A stretch of DNA of 64,000 bases. Origin: Candidatus Omnitrophota bacterium. Lineage in GTDB: Bacteria; Omnitrophota; Gorgyraeia; Tantalellales; Tantalellaceae. Location of the stretch: the NCBI GenBank assembly GCA_043812935.1, contig JBDRLO010000024.1, positions 9,295-73,294 on the forward strand. Reading direction: 5' to 3'. The translations under genes and the position numbers were made by a program. Under the pieces are notes generated by a model, which searched no databases, was not told where the DNA came from, and worked only from the letters and a program-made list of their open reading frames with translations. Positions within the stretch are counted from its first letter, which is position 1. Each line of letters starts with the position of its first letter. Of the stretch, positions 30,005 to 39,859 are shown in pieces.

Positions 30005-31665
30005 TTATGCCTAAACGACGAAAGCAAATAAAACGGGCAGTAAAAAAAGTTTCAGACGCGCGAAAAAATAAAAAAAGCAGTGTTGAGCCACAAGACACTG
30101 AAACAGCGCCGGAACTTAAATCGTCCAAAAAGTCAGCTATGGTACGGGAACTTATCCGGGTGGGAAAAGATAAAGGGTATCTTAGTTATGATGAAGTAAA
30201 TGATATTCTTCCTGAAGAGGTTGTGTCTTCTGATGAAATTGATGAAGTAATCGCGACGTTGCAGGACGAAGATATCCGTTTAGTTGAGTCAGAGGATGAA
30301 GAAGAAAGAATTCCGCTTGCGGTGAAAAGAGGCCAGAAAAAAGTAAAAGTACGAAAATTTGTTCAGATTGATGATCCTGTTAAAATGTATCTGAAACAAA
30401 TGGGACAAATACCTTTGTTAAGCCGCAGTGAAGAATTAGATCTTGCAAAAAGAATAAAGAGTAAAGAAAAAGAATTTAAAGAGATAGTTTTCACTATAAG
30501 ATTCGCCCGCGACTTGGCTTTGGAAGAGATTGAAGATGCGTTGGATAACGATTATAACCTGGATGAAGTTTTAGACGTTGATCCGGGATATGACCCTGAA
30601 AAACTGGAAAAACAAAAACGTCAACTCATTAAACGTATACGTATTTCAAAAAAACCTGATACAATTCAAGAGCTTATCTCTAAACTCAAAATAGCGGTTA
30701 TTCTTGCTGAAAAAGTCGCAGAAGATATAATGCATCCGCTTGAAGAAGCCAGAAGAGCTAAAAATAAAATTGATAAACTAAAAGAGGAAAAGAAAAAATC
30801 AAAAAAATGTAAAGCGGAACTTAAAAAACAACAAAGTATTTTGCGGCCGCTTGTCAGGAAACTCGGAAGAACAAGTGAAGAAGTAAAAGAAGATGTTTCT
30901 GTGTTAAAACAAATTGAAATGGAATATACGAAGTCGAAAAAAGAACTTGTTGCCGCGAATTTACGTTTAGTTGTCAGTATCGCCAAAAAGTATACAAACC
31001 GCGGGCTTTCTTTTCTGGATCTGATACAAGAAGGAAATATGGGGTTAATGAAAGCGGTTGATAAGTTTGAATATGAAAGGGGATATAAATTCAGCACCTA
31101 TGCTACATGGTGGATACGCCAGGCAATAACTAGGTCAATAGCTGATCAGTCTCGAACTATCCGGATTCCGGTACATATGACGGAAACAATAAATAAATTG
31201 GTGCGTGTTTCCCGTAGTCTTGTTCAGGAGAACGGACGGGAACCAAGTCCTGAAGAAGTCGCGTCCGCGATGAAAATACCGGTTGAAAAAGTCAGAGGCA
31301 TAATAAAAATTGCACAGCATCCGATATCCCTAGAAACACCTATCGGAGATGAAGGGGATACGAGTTTTGGCGATTTCATTGAAGATAAATCCGCGATTTC
31401 CCCGGCAAATGCTACGGCCTACGCAATGTTGAAAGAACAGATGGACGAGGTTTTAGAAACGTTGACGGATAGGGAACGCCGGGTATTAACTCTGCGTTTT
31501 GGTATCGGAGACGGTTATCCGCGTACGCTTGAAGAAGTTGGTAAAATATTCAGCGTAACGCGAGAACGGGTCCGGCAAATTGAAGCAAAAGCGTTAAAAA
31601 AATTAAGGCATCCTATTCGCGCGAAAAAATTGAAAAATTTTCTTGATATGGGTTTTTCAGAGTAG
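30001..31665 (+). CDS. rpoD: RNA polymerase primary sigma factor
   Basis: Region 1.1, [46 protein letters not shown]. Confidence 0.98.
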   Translation: MIMPKRRKQIKRAVKKVSDARKNKKSSVEPQDTETAPELKSSKKSAMVRELIRVGKDKGYLSYDEVNDILPEEVVSSDEIDEVIATLQDEDIRLVESEDEEERIPLAVKRGQKKVKVRKFVQIDDPVKMYLKQMGQIPLLSRSEELDLAKRIKSKEKEFKEIVFTIRFARDLALEEIEDALDNDYNLDEVLDVDPGYDPEKLEKQKRQLIKRIRISKKPDTIQELISKLKIAVILAEKVAEDIMHPLEEARRAKNKIDKLKEEKKKSKKCKAELKKQQSILRPLVRKLGRTSEEVKEDVSVLKQIEMEYTKSKKELVAANLRLVVSIAKKYTNRGLSFLDLIQEGNMGLMKAVDKFEYERGYKFSTYATWWIRQAITRSIADQSRTIRIPVHMTETINKLVRVSRSLVQENGREPSPEEVASAMKIPVEKVRGIIKIAQHPISLETPIGDEGDTSFGDFIEDKSAISPANATAYAMLKEQMDEVLETLTDRERRVLTLRFGIGDGYPRTLEEVGKIFSVTRERVRQIEAKALKKLRHPIRAKKLKNFLDMGFSE

Positions 31666-31706
31666 ATATAATGACAACATAAATTAACTAAACTAAGGAG
31701 AAAACA

Positions 31707-31934
31707 ATGGGAGATAAGAAAATAGAGCTTTTTATCCCAGGAGAACTGAAAGAAGAACCGATTCTTTATTATATGATAAAGAATTTTGATGTGAGTATTA
31801 AAATTATTGAAGCGTCTTTTTCAACGGAAAGCGGATGGGCTTACCTTATTATTAATGGTAAAGATCCTGAAATTAATAAATTGTTTAGTTTTCTTAAAGA
31901 AAAACATATAAGTGTGGAAGTAAAGGAAAAGTGA
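31707..31934 (+). CDS. Stand-alone NIL (ACT-like) domain protein
   Basis: EEPILYYMIKNFDVSIKIIEAS...GW pattern; AAGGAG RBS. Confidence 0.7.
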   Translation: MGDKKIELFIPGELKEEPILYYMIKNFDVSIKIIEASFSTESGWAYLIINGKDPEINKLFSFLKEKHISVEVKEK

Positions 31935-32677
31935 AAATAGTAAGGTGTTTTTATGCTGATACGCTGTATAAGGGCGTGTTAGAAGAAGATGATATAATAG
32001 TACAGGAAAAAAGTGGAAGAGAACGCCGCATTAAGCGGGATGATGTGTTATTATTAGCGCCTGTGACTCCATCAAAGATTGTTTCTGTGGGATTAAACTA
32101 TCGTTCGCATGCCGAGGAATTGGGTATGTCCATTCCTGAAAACCCGATTATATTTATCAAACCGGCAACTGCAGTTATTGGCCCGGGAGATGCGATAATA
32201 TATCCTAAAACTGCTCAAAGAGTTGATTATGAAGCTGAACTTGCTGTGGTTATTAAAAAAGAGGCAAAAAATGTCAGTGCTGCTGACGCGCAAAAATATA
32301 TAGAAGGATACACTTGTTTTAATGATGTTACGGCTAGAGATTTACAAAAAAAAGATGTGCAATGGACTCGGGCGAAATCTTTTGATACTTTTGCGCCTAT
32401 TGGGCCGTGGATCGAAACGGAGATTGAGCCGAGTGCCTTGCAAGTGCGAGCGTATGTTAACGGGAACTTGAAACAAAATTCGAATACAAGGGAATTTATA
32501 TTCAAAATCCCCCAACTGATGGAATTTATTTCAGGCATAATGACTCTGCTTCCTGGGGATGTTATTGCTACCGGAACGCCGTCAAATATTGGACCTATTG
32601 TTCCGGGAGATAAAGTTATTATCGAAATTGAGGGTATTGGTAGATTGGAAAACCATGTTCAGTCAGAGTCAGCATAG
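31931..32677 (+). CDS. Fumarylacetoacetate hydrolase family protein
   Basis: VGLNYRSHAEE, DYEAELAVVI, NDVTARD, AKSFDTFAPIGP, GDVIATGTP. Confidence 0.93.
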   Translation: MKIVRCFYADTLYKGVLEEDDIIVQEKSGRERRIKRDDVLLLAPVTPSKIVSVGLNYRSHAEELGMSIPENPIIFIKPATAVIGPGDAIIYPKTAQRVDYEAELAVVIKKEAKNVSAADAQKYIEGYTCFNDVTARDLQKKDVQWTRAKSFDTFAPIGPWIETEIEPSALQVRAYVNGNLKQNSNTREFIFKIPQLMEFISGIMTLLPGDVIATGTPSNIGPIVPGDKVIIEIEGIGRLENHVQSESA

Positions 32678-32683
32678 GTACAT

Positions 32684-33124
32684 ATGAAAATAGTTTTGCA
32701 AAGAGTAAAAAGCGCGGAAGTAAAAGTTGGGGCTGAGCTTGTGGCATCAATCGGTAAAGGGTTTTTATTACTGGTAGGGATACGAAAAGGTGATACAGTT
32801 CAAACTTGCGCGCAAATGGCACGCAAGATCAGCACTTTGCGTATTTTTGAAGATACTGCCGGGAAAATGAACCTCGATATTAAACAAGTCTTTGGAGAGA
32901 TATTGAGCGTTCCTCAATTTACACTTTTAGCAAATGTTGACAAAGGCAATAGGCCTGGATTTGATAATGCGGCTGATCCCGAAAACGCCAAAGATTTGTG
33001 GCATAAGTTTAACCAGAAACTGATAGAAAATGGGATTAAAGTTTTTGAAGGAGTGTTTGCCAGTCATATGCATATAAGCTTAGTGAATGACGGGCCGGTT
33101 ACATTTGTGATTGATTCTCCGTAA
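32684..33124 (+). CDS. dtd: D-aminoacyl-tRNA deacylase
   Basis: VLQRV, LRIFED, PQFTL, NDGPVT. Confidence 0.95.
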   Translation: MKIVLQRVKSAEVKVGAELVASIGKGFLLLVGIRKGDTVQTCAQMARKISTLRIFEDTAGKMNLDIKQVFGEILSVPQFTLLANVDKGNRPGFDNAADPENAKDLWHKFNQKLIENGIKVFEGVFASHMHISLVNDGPVTFVIDSP

Positions 33125-33212
33125 GTTTTAATTTAATATAAACTAAACAAGTTGGCGGAACGTCCTACGCTAAACTAATATTTATTTATGATGAAGGCAG
33201 AAAGGAAGCAGG

Positions 33213-33707
33213 ATGCTTTTACATAAACATATTCGAAATATTATAATAGCCTTAGTATTCTTAATGACGTGTCTTTTATTTATGGGCAGATCCTATGCAG
33301 ATATATCCATGGATAGTGATGGTATGGCAATTAGTTTGCCATTAGGGGCGAACTTAGAGGAATCGATGCAGGATTTATGTCCTGAAGGTATAAATGTTAT
33401 CGGGATGTTTATGGCGCTATGGAGCCAGTCTAATTATGCCGGCATGTATGAGCTTATCGATGATAAAAGCAAGGAGAACTATTCGTTTGAACAGGCAAAA
33501 TTAGATTTTCAATTTATGGAATTTAAGTTCTACACAATTAGCGCTATAAAAAAGCAGGGTGAAAATTTTGAATTTTTTTTAACTCATGGGGATTGGAAGA
33601 GCGGGGATAAAGATTTAAGAAAAATACTGCTTAACGGTAGAACTTTTAAAATTATTATGTTGAATAGGGGTGAACTTTTAAAAAAATCAGTAGACTGTTA
33701 TTTCTGA
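33213..33707 (+). CDS. Exported hypothetical protein (possible NTF2-like fold)
   Basis: Signal peptide ending SYA-D; FMALWSQSNYAGMYEL. Confidence 0.55.
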   Translation: MLLHKHIRNIIIALVFLMTCLLFMGRSYADISMDSDGMAISLPLGANLEESMQDLCPEGINVIGMFMALWSQSNYAGMYELIDDKSKENYSFEQAKLDFQFMEFKFYTISAIKKQGENFEFFLTHGDWKSGDKDLRKILLNGRTFKIIMLNRGELLKKSVDCYF

Positions 33708-33730
33708 TAAAATAGGGAGGAGATGTAAAA

Positions 33731-34945
33731 ATGGAAAAAATAAGAAATATTGGCGTTATTACTTCAGGCGGAGATTGCGGCGGGCTAAACGCGGTTGTTA
33801 AAGGCGCGGCGGCAATGGCGAACAGCATAGGAGTAAAGTGTTTTGTTATTCCAAATGGATATGCAGGGCTTTATAATCTGATTGATTTTGAAGAGTTAAC
33901 GGAACTTACTCTGGAACGTATAGATCTGATCAACGTGAATAGGTCAGGCTCTGAAGCCGGGCATTCCAGAGTCAAGATTAAGAAAATAGAAGATGCGAAT
34001 AAATATGAGAGGATTAAAGAAGGGCTGAAGAAGTTTAATATTGACGCGCTTGTGATTAGCGGTGGCGATGATTCAGGCAGTGTAATGGTGGATTTATATA
34101 AAAACGGAATAAAATGTATACACGTTCCGAAAACAATGGATCTAGATTTACAAACATATTCAGTTGGCGGGGATTCTACAATTAATAAAATTGCGGTGTA
34201 TTTGGATGAATTAAAAACTACGGGGCGCACTCATAACCGTGTAATTGTATTGGAAGTTTTTGGCAGATACGCCGGGCATACGGCTTTTCGTAGCGGTATT
34301 GCCGCGGACGCGGACGCGATTCTTATTCCGGAAATTCCCGTAAATTTTGATGAGCTGTACGTGCATGTTAAACAAAAACTGACAGATCGTATTATTCGCA
34401 GCGACGTTCATGCCGGCACATATTTGATTGTTGTTGCGGAAGGATTACGAGATGCCAGCGGCGCGGAAATTGTTGATGAAAGTGCCGGGGTCGATTCGTT
34501 CGGTCATAAAAAATTGGCAGGCGCGGGAAAATATGTGTGCCAAGAAATCAAGAAGCGTTTTAAAGCGGATAAAGATATAATTGATTTTATGAAAAAGACT
34601 CATCTTTATGTTGAAAAAATTTATGAAATTCCGGAAGTACGCGCAGTAACCCCCGGACACCTGGTTCGATGCGGGCGAAGTTCCGCGTATGATGTAAATT
34701 TTGGCAAAGAAGTCGGCGCAGCGGCTGTTTCTCTTTTAGCGGGAAACATTGCCGGAGTTACGATGGTTGATGTTAAAGGGAGTGAAGTACGTTATATTTC
34801 CGCGGAAAAAGCAATTGAACAGAGATTTGTAGATTTAGATCAGGTAAGTTTGCATGAACAGCTGGGGATATGTTTCGGGCGAAAACAGAAAACATATAAA
34901 CCCTCGTTTAAAGAACTTAAGGATTCGCCTGAGAGATATATGTAA
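33731..34945 (+). CDS. 6-phosphofructokinase, probably PPi-dependent
   Basis: TSGGDCGGLNAV, SGGDDS, PKTMDLD, EVFGRYAG, GHLVR. Confidence 0.9.
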   Translation: MEKIRNIGVITSGGDCGGLNAVVKGAAAMANSIGVKCFVIPNGYAGLYNLIDFEELTELTLERIDLINVNRSGSEAGHSRVKIKKIEDANKYERIKEGLKKFNIDALVISGGDDSGSVMVDLYKNGIKCIHVPKTMDLDLQTYSVGGDSTINKIAVYLDELKTTGRTHNRVIVLEVFGRYAGHTAFRSGIAADADAILIPEIPVNFDELYVHVKQKLTDRIIRSDVHAGTYLIVVAEGLRDASGAEIVDESAGVDSFGHKKLAGAGKYVCQEIKKRFKADKDIIDFMKKTHLYVEKIYEIPEVRAVTPGHLVRCGRSSAYDVNFGKEVGAAAVSLLAGNIAGVTMVDVKGSEVRYISAEKAIEQRFVDLDQVSLHEQLGICFGRKQKTYKPSFKELKDSPERYM

Positions 34946-35031
34946 TATTGTGCAGGGTAAAGTGCGGGTTTTATTCTATGCTGTTTGCGGAGTGTGTGAA
35001 AATTATTGCCTAAAAATGAGTATGCTGCCTT

Positions 35032-35388
35032 ATGATTACTGACGATAAACGCGCGTTTAAAAGGGTTCCATGTAAAATGACCGTAAAGGTTATCCGTATT
35101 GAAAAGAAAGGTTTTCCTGAAAGCCTTTCAGTGACGGAGAATATCAGCTTGGGCGGTTTGTATTTTGCGAGTTTACAAAAACTTGAGATTGGTGAAAAAA
35201 TCGAATGCCGCATAAAACTGCCCAATGCGCCGGATGAAAACAAATGGACAGGTAGAGTTGTCCGTTGCGAGAAAAATGAAGACGGGATAATTGATACATT
35301 TGGTGTTGCAATTGAATTTTTAAAGTCATTCAAATCTTCAGATTCTTTTTTAAAACAAATATTAACTGTTTTAAAAAAACACGCTTAA
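35032..35388 (+). CDS. PilZ domain protein
   Basis: KRAFKR, NISLGG, GRVVR, GVAIEF. Confidence 0.85.
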   Translation: MITDDKRAFKRVPCKMTVKVIRIEKKGFPESLSVTENISLGGLYFASLQKLEIGEKIECRIKLPNAPDENKWTGRVVRCEKNEDGIIDTFGVAIEFLKSFKSSDSFLKQILTVLKKHA

Positions 35389-35679
35389 ACAAAAAAATTT
35401 CAAAAAAATAATTATTAAAATTTTTTTTATTCATTTTTATTTTAGCAAGGGGGAATAAAGGTTTTTTTATTTATGCGCTCTAATGCCTGTGGTTTAAGGC
35501 GTATAGCAAGATGTCTATATTTCTAAAATTCAAATGTTAATGTGAGTTCGCCGCGGCAAGTATATGATGAAAAAAAATTATCTTAAGCCTTGCAAAACAA
35601 AAAAAATAATGTATATTTAAAACAAAAGAGTCGCATATAAATAGTTTTTTGATTTAGAGTTTTAACGAAGGGAGGCGAG

Positions 35680-35799
35680 ATGGTTGTAAAGAAAAAGAAA
35701 AAGGTTGCGAAGAAAAAAGTTGCGAAGAAAAAGGTTGCGAAGAAAAAAGTTGCGAAGAAAAAGGTTGCGAAGAAAAAAGTTGCGAAGAAAAAGAAATAA
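35680..35799 (+). CDS. 39-aa lysine-rich histone-H1-like (Hc1/Hc2-type) protein, (VAKKK)6; not in ORF track
   Basis: GGAGG RBS; MVVKKKKKVAKKKVAKKKVAKKKVAKKKVAKKKVAKKKK; 15-bp tandem repeats; strong terminator downstream. Confidence 0.8.
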   Translation: MVVKKKKKVAKKKVAKKKVAKKKVAKKKVAKKKVAKKKK

Positions 35800-35819
35800 G
35801 CAACAACCTTGAGATTTTT

Positions 35820-35851
35820 AAAAAGGGACGGTGGATTCACCGTCCCTTTTT
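35820..35851 (+). terminator. Intrinsic terminator
   Basis: AAAAAGGGACGGTG-GATT-CACCGTCCCTTTTT perfect stem. Confidence 0.9.
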
Positions 35852-35861
35852 ATTTGTATGA

Positions 35862-35908
35862 TAAATAGGACATCTACCTATTAATTCAACCGGGAGCTGT
35901 CCTATTTA
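35862..35908. repeat. REP-like inverted repeat (AATAGGACAGCTACC family)
   Basis: TAAATAGGACATCTACC ... GGGAGCTGTCCTATTTA; related to 51995-52102. Confidence 0.65.
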
Positions 35909-36143
35909 CTGGCTAATGCTGGCTGAGTTATTTCAAAATAAACCAAACCCCAGCTATGATAGGTGGCATAAATGACCAGTTTTTTTGGTTTATTATAGCA
36001 GAAATGGGTTAGGTAGAAAAAAGTTTGCTCACTTCCTTTTTCTTCGCTTAATATTATGCTATACTTTAGGTAGATGAAGAACAATGAAAGTAGCCTTAAG
36101 TTTAGTGTTTTTAGGCATTAAGAGCTTAAAGTAGGGGCAAAGT

Positions 36144-36347
36144 ATGAAAAAGTTGCTGCTCGTCTTATGCTTGTGTTTGACAATGTGCACAGTGCAATTG
36201 AGTTATTTGGAAATTGCGGATGCTGCAACATTGCGGTCAGATTCTAAGTTTGTTTCTCGCATTGGAAACAAGCGTAAGGGGCTTTTAACTATGTCTCAGA
36301 AAAAAAGAAACTTTCCTAAAAAGGCAAAAAGTTCTTCAAAACGATAA
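36144..36347 (+). CDS. Small exported basic protein
   Basis: Signal peptide MKKLLLVLCLCL...ADA; K/R-rich mature part; AGGGG RBS. Confidence 0.55.
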   Translation: MKKLLLVLCLCLTMCTVQLSYLEIADAATLRSDSKFVSRIGNKRKGLLTMSQKKRNFPKKAKSSSKR

Positions 36348-36361
36348 CATTTTAATTGAGT

Positions 36362-36868
36362 TTATTCGGTAGTTTGGTTTACCAACTTAGAATTTTCATT
36401 TATAGCGTTACTTGTAAGTGTTAACAGGGATTCCGCGTGTTTTTTTGCCTGGATAATTTCATCAATAACTTGAGGGTCATTTGCTTCTTTTAATGTAGCA
36501 TCTAAGTATTCTATGTCGTAAACACACTGATTTTTGGTGAACGTGAGCCATTCATTTAAGATTTTAATTGCTTCTGAATTTGTTTCATTTCCAGTTGCGA
36601 TTGTGATCATTAGAATACGAAAATATGCTTCAATGGTTGTTAGAGTTGAAGTATTAAGTTCAAATATTCTTTCCAGAGTTCTTCTGTCATTTCCTGATGT
36701 TTTTTCAATTTTTTCGGGGAGAAGATTTCCTTGTTCTGTAATAGCGTCACGCAGGCTAAATAATTCCCCGACATGCATAAGTTCTTCAGAATAAAGCGGG
36801 GAACAGAAAGCTAGAGATATAATAAAACACGTTAACAAAATAATTTTTGTTGGTTTTAATCTCTTCAT
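36362..36868 (-). CDS. Exported helical hypothetical protein
   Basis: 168-aa ORF with signal peptide. Confidence 0.65.
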   Translation of the reverse strand: MKRLKPTKIILLTCFIISLAFCSPLYSEELMHVGELFSLRDAITEQGNLLPEKIEKTSGNDRRTLERIFELNTSTLTTIEAYFRILMITIATGNETNSEAIKILNEWLTFTKNQCVYDIEYLDATLKEANDPQVIDEIIQAKKHAESLLTLTSNAINENSKLVNQTTE

Positions 36869-37153
36869 AAATTAAGACATTATTTAGATATTAATTTAAG
36901 TGTAATAATTACATTATTGTTCTATTCAATATATCATATTTTTCAAAAATTACAATACCAGAAGCATTAAAGACTGTTGCCGAAGCCGGATATTTCGTAA
37001 GGGCTTTTTCCTGTCGGGAGAGACTTAAAACAGCGGCCGTAATTTTTATCAGAATTTATTATTATTTTTACAATTATTATGACAATTATTATGAAATCAC
37101 TTGTAAAAAATTTTAAAATTATGTTATAATGCGTAATCAAATTTTGACATGGC

Positions 37154-37230
37154 GGGGGCATAGCTCAAGTGGTTAGAGCAACTGACTCATAATCAGTAGG
37201 TTCATGGTTCGAGTCCATGTGCCCCCACCA
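37154..37230 (+). tRNA. tRNA with CAT anticodon, most likely tRNA-Ile2 (lysidine-modified)
   Basis: GGGGGCA/TGCCCCC stem, ACTGA-CTCATAA-TCAGT arm, CCA; paired 1:72 and no GGG/CCC anticodon stem, so not initiator. Confidence 0.9.
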
Positions 37231-37292
37231 GTACTTGTTTTGCGAATATATTATTATCCCGAAAAAGCAAATTGGAGCATTGGAGTATTGTT

Positions 37293-37369
37293 GGGCGCAT
37301 AGCTCAGCTGGTTAGAGCGCATGCCTCACATGCATGAGGTCGGAGGTTCGAGTCCCCCTGCGCCCACCA
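37293..37369 (+). tRNA. tRNA-Val(CAC)
   Basis: GGGCGCA/TGCGCCC stem, CATGC-CTCACAT-GCATG arm, CCA. Confidence 0.95.
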
Positions 37370-37537
37370 TGTGATATGTTGGTTAGCGGTTAGTTCGTAT
37401 AGAGTATATTGCACATTGTATATCATTTTTACGATGTAAATTGACATACCCTGTACGACATTCTATATATGATCTCGATTTATCAATATAATAAAAAATG
37501 GGATAAGGTAAAAATTTAAAGCATTGGACTAATTAAA

Positions 37538-38260
37538 ATGGAAAATAAAAATACTATTAAAGAACAAATAGGAAAATTGATTGAGGTTCAAGAACTGGAT
37601 TCTGAAAAGTTTGATTTAGAATCTCAAATTGAAATGTACCCTTCAAAAATCGAAGAATTAGATCAACTCTTGCAGTCAAAGAAAACACATATGTTAGAAT
37701 CAGAAGAAGAACTTAAAAAAATTCAGGTTTTAAAGGGAGATAAAGAAACCGAAATGATGGCAAAAGAGGAAAAAATTGCCAAACATAAAACAGACTTATA
37801 TCAGATAAAAAGTAATAAAGAATATTCGGCGCTTCAGCAGGAGATTAAAAGCATAGAAGCCGATGTGTCGTTGCTTGAGGAAGAAATAATAAATTGTTTT
37901 GATAAAATTGAGGACGTGCAGAAAATAAAAGACGAAGCAAAAGCTGTGTTTGAAACTGAAGCAAAAAAAATTGAGGAAGAAAAAAATAGTATTAAAGAGA
38001 AAGAAAAACAGCTTGCAGTAAAAATTTCTGAATTAGAAGCTAAAAGAAAAGAATTGATTTCCAGGGTGGATCCTTCAATATTAGAGCGATATGAGAGGAT
38101 TTTAAATAGTAAAGGTAAGTTAGCGATTGCTAAACTTAGCGGAGGTTTTTGCGGAGGGTGTAATATGCAGTTAAGGCCGCAGGTTATTAATGATGTGAAA
38201 CTTCAGAAAGACCTTGTCTTTTGTGAAAATTGCTCCAGGATACTTTATGTCGAAGAATGA
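37538..38260 (+). CDS. Coiled-coil C4-type zinc ribbon protein (DUF164; CT398/HP0958-like)
   Basis: Long coiled coil, KEYSALQQEI, CGGCNM...CENCSRIL. Confidence 0.9.
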   Translation: MENKNTIKEQIGKLIEVQELDSEKFDLESQIEMYPSKIEELDQLLQSKKTHMLESEEELKKIQVLKGDKETEMMAKEEKIAKHKTDLYQIKSNKEYSALQQEIKSIEADVSLLEEEIINCFDKIEDVQKIKDEAKAVFETEAKKIEEEKNSIKEKEKQLAVKISELEAKRKELISRVDPSILERYERILNSKGKLAIAKLSGGFCGGCNMQLRPQVINDVKLQKDLVFCENCSRILYVEE

Positions 38261-38669
38261 GACGGAGAGTTTAACAATATATACCGATGGCGGAGCAAGA
38301 GGTAACCCAGGGCCTGCCGGGATTGGTGCGGTTTTGTTTTCCGGGAAAACGAAAAAAGCGGAAATATCCAAATATATTGGACATGCTACAAATAATGTGG
38401 CAGAATATTTAGCAGTGGTATATGCTTTGCAGGAAGCGCTTTATATAGGAATTAAAAACATTGTATTAAAAGTCGACAGTCAGTTAGTTGCGAGGCAGCT
38501 CAGAGGGGAATATAAAGTAAGAGACATCAATATCCGCAAATTTTTTGATATAGTTGTTAGTTTACTGAGCAAGTTTGAGAATGTTGAAATTATCGAGATT
38601 CCAAGAGAAAAGAATAAGGAAGCCGATAAATTGGTTAATGATGCTATTGACTGTCATGTTATTATTTGA
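38247..38669 (+). CDS. rnhA: Ribonuclease HI family protein
   Basis: YTDGGARGNPGPAG, TNNVAEY, DSQLV, IPREKNKEADKL. Confidence 0.9.
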   Translation: MSKNETESLTIYTDGGARGNPGPAGIGAVLFSGKTKKAEISKYIGHATNNVAEYLAVVYALQEALYIGIKNIVLKVDSQLVARQLRGEYKVRDINIRKFFDIVVSLLSKFENVEIIEIPREKNKEADKLVNDAIDCHVII

Positions 38670-38674
38670 TTTGG

Positions 38675-39039
38675 CTCATTGAAGTAAATTGGGTGATTGC
38701 TTTTTGATTTTTTTGTCAAAAAGAGGAAAGTCCGGGCTCCAAATAGCGGCGTAGCGGGTAATGCCCGTCCATTGAAAAATGAGGATTAGAGCCACAGAGA
38801 CGAGACTTTGCTTTAGGGCAAAGGGTGAAACGCGGTAATCTCTACGCGGAGCAAGGTCAAATAGGGAAGGAATCAGGAAAATCCGGTACATGCGGATAGA
38901 CTGGTGCGAAATGGCTAGTTTCGCCATAACTTCCGGGTAGACCGCAAAAGGTTTTACAGTAATGTAAACCGTAGATGGATAATCACCAGGCAGATTTATC
39001 TGTTAACAGAACCCGGCTTATAGATTTGCTTCAATGAGT
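38675..39039 (+). ncRNA. rnpB: RNase P RNA (type A)
   Basis: GAGGAAAGTCCGGGCTCC, GGGTGAAACG...GGTAA, GGAGCAAG, ACAGAACCCGGCTTA; P1 helix CTCATTGAAGTAAAT/ATTTGCTTCAATGAG; ends approximate. Confidence 0.95.
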
Positions 39040-39058
39040 TGCTTAAAATCATATATAT

Positions 39059-39796
39059 ATGAACCAAATACTTTCCATAAAAAATTTGAATTATACTTAT
39101 AAAACCGGCCGAACTTCTGTTCCTGCCTTGACTGATTTAACGTTTGATGTATCAGATGGAGAAATCTTCGGGTTTATTGGACCCAATGGCGCGGGAAAAA
39201 CAACTACTATAAAACTTCTGTTAAATATTCTTGCCGTTCAGAAAGGCAAAGTTCTTTTATTCGGCAAGTCGCCCTCACGTCCGGACAGCCGGAAGCAAAT
39301 AGGATATATGCCGGAAATTGCCAATTACTATTGGTACCTTACTCCGCGTGAGCTTTTAAACATGTACGGCAGGATTTTTGGAATAGACAGAATTACACTT
39401 AAAACAAAAGTTCCTGTACTTCTTAATATTGTGGGTTTGGAGGAAGACGGGGACAGGCTTATGGGGACTTTTTCAAAGGGTATGATGCAGAAAATAAGTT
39501 TTGCGCAGGCATTGATTAACGATCCAAAGCTTTTAATACTTGATGAACCAATGGGCGGGCTGGATCCAGTTTCACGAAAGAAAATGCGGGATGTTATACA
39601 TGAGCTTCGCAGCCAGGGGAAAACCATTTTTTTCTCTTCACATGAACTTTCGGAAGTGGAGCTTATTAGTGACAGGATTGGGATTTTAAGTAAAGGGTGT
39701 TTATTGGCATCCGCGTCAACAAAGAACCTTTTGACAAATAAGGGCGAGGCTCAATCTTTGGAAAGTTACTTTTTAGACATAATTACGAATAAATAA
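39059..39796 (+). CDS. ABC transporter ATP-binding protein (exporter type)
   Basis: GPNGAGKTT, FSKGMMQK, LILDEP, SSH. Confidence 0.93.
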   Translation: MNQILSIKNLNYTYKTGRTSVPALTDLTFDVSDGEIFGFIGPNGAGKTTTIKLLLNILAVQKGKVLLFGKSPSRPDSRKQIGYMPEIANYYWYLTPRELLNMYGRIFGIDRITLKTKVPVLLNIVGLEEDGDRLMGTFSKGMMQKISFAQALINDPKLLILDEPMGGLDPVSRKKMRDVIHELRSQGKTIFFSSHELSEVELISDRIGILSKGCLLASASTKNLLTNKGEAQSLESYFLDIITNK

Positions 39797-39859
39797 ACTA
39801 ATATTTTTAATAGCCGCGCAAAATGTTTCAAAGCAAAATAGTGAGAGAGAGGTTATAAA

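Noticed and set aside
35583-35840. Minus-strand ORF with FFFAT repeats
   Set aside because: Antisense shadow of the + strand Lys-rich gene, which has the RBS and correctly placed terminator
37154-37230. Initiator or elongator tRNA-Met
   Set aside because: No C1:A72 mismatch or triple G-C anticodon stem; sequence and context favour Ile2, though elongator Met is not fully excluded
37370-37537. Additional tRNA or ncRNA after tRNA-Val
   Set aside because: No T-loop GTTCRA/cloverleaf; only weak low-complexity periodicity
38676-38927. 83-aa minus-strand ORF
   Set aside because: Antisense to RNase P RNA
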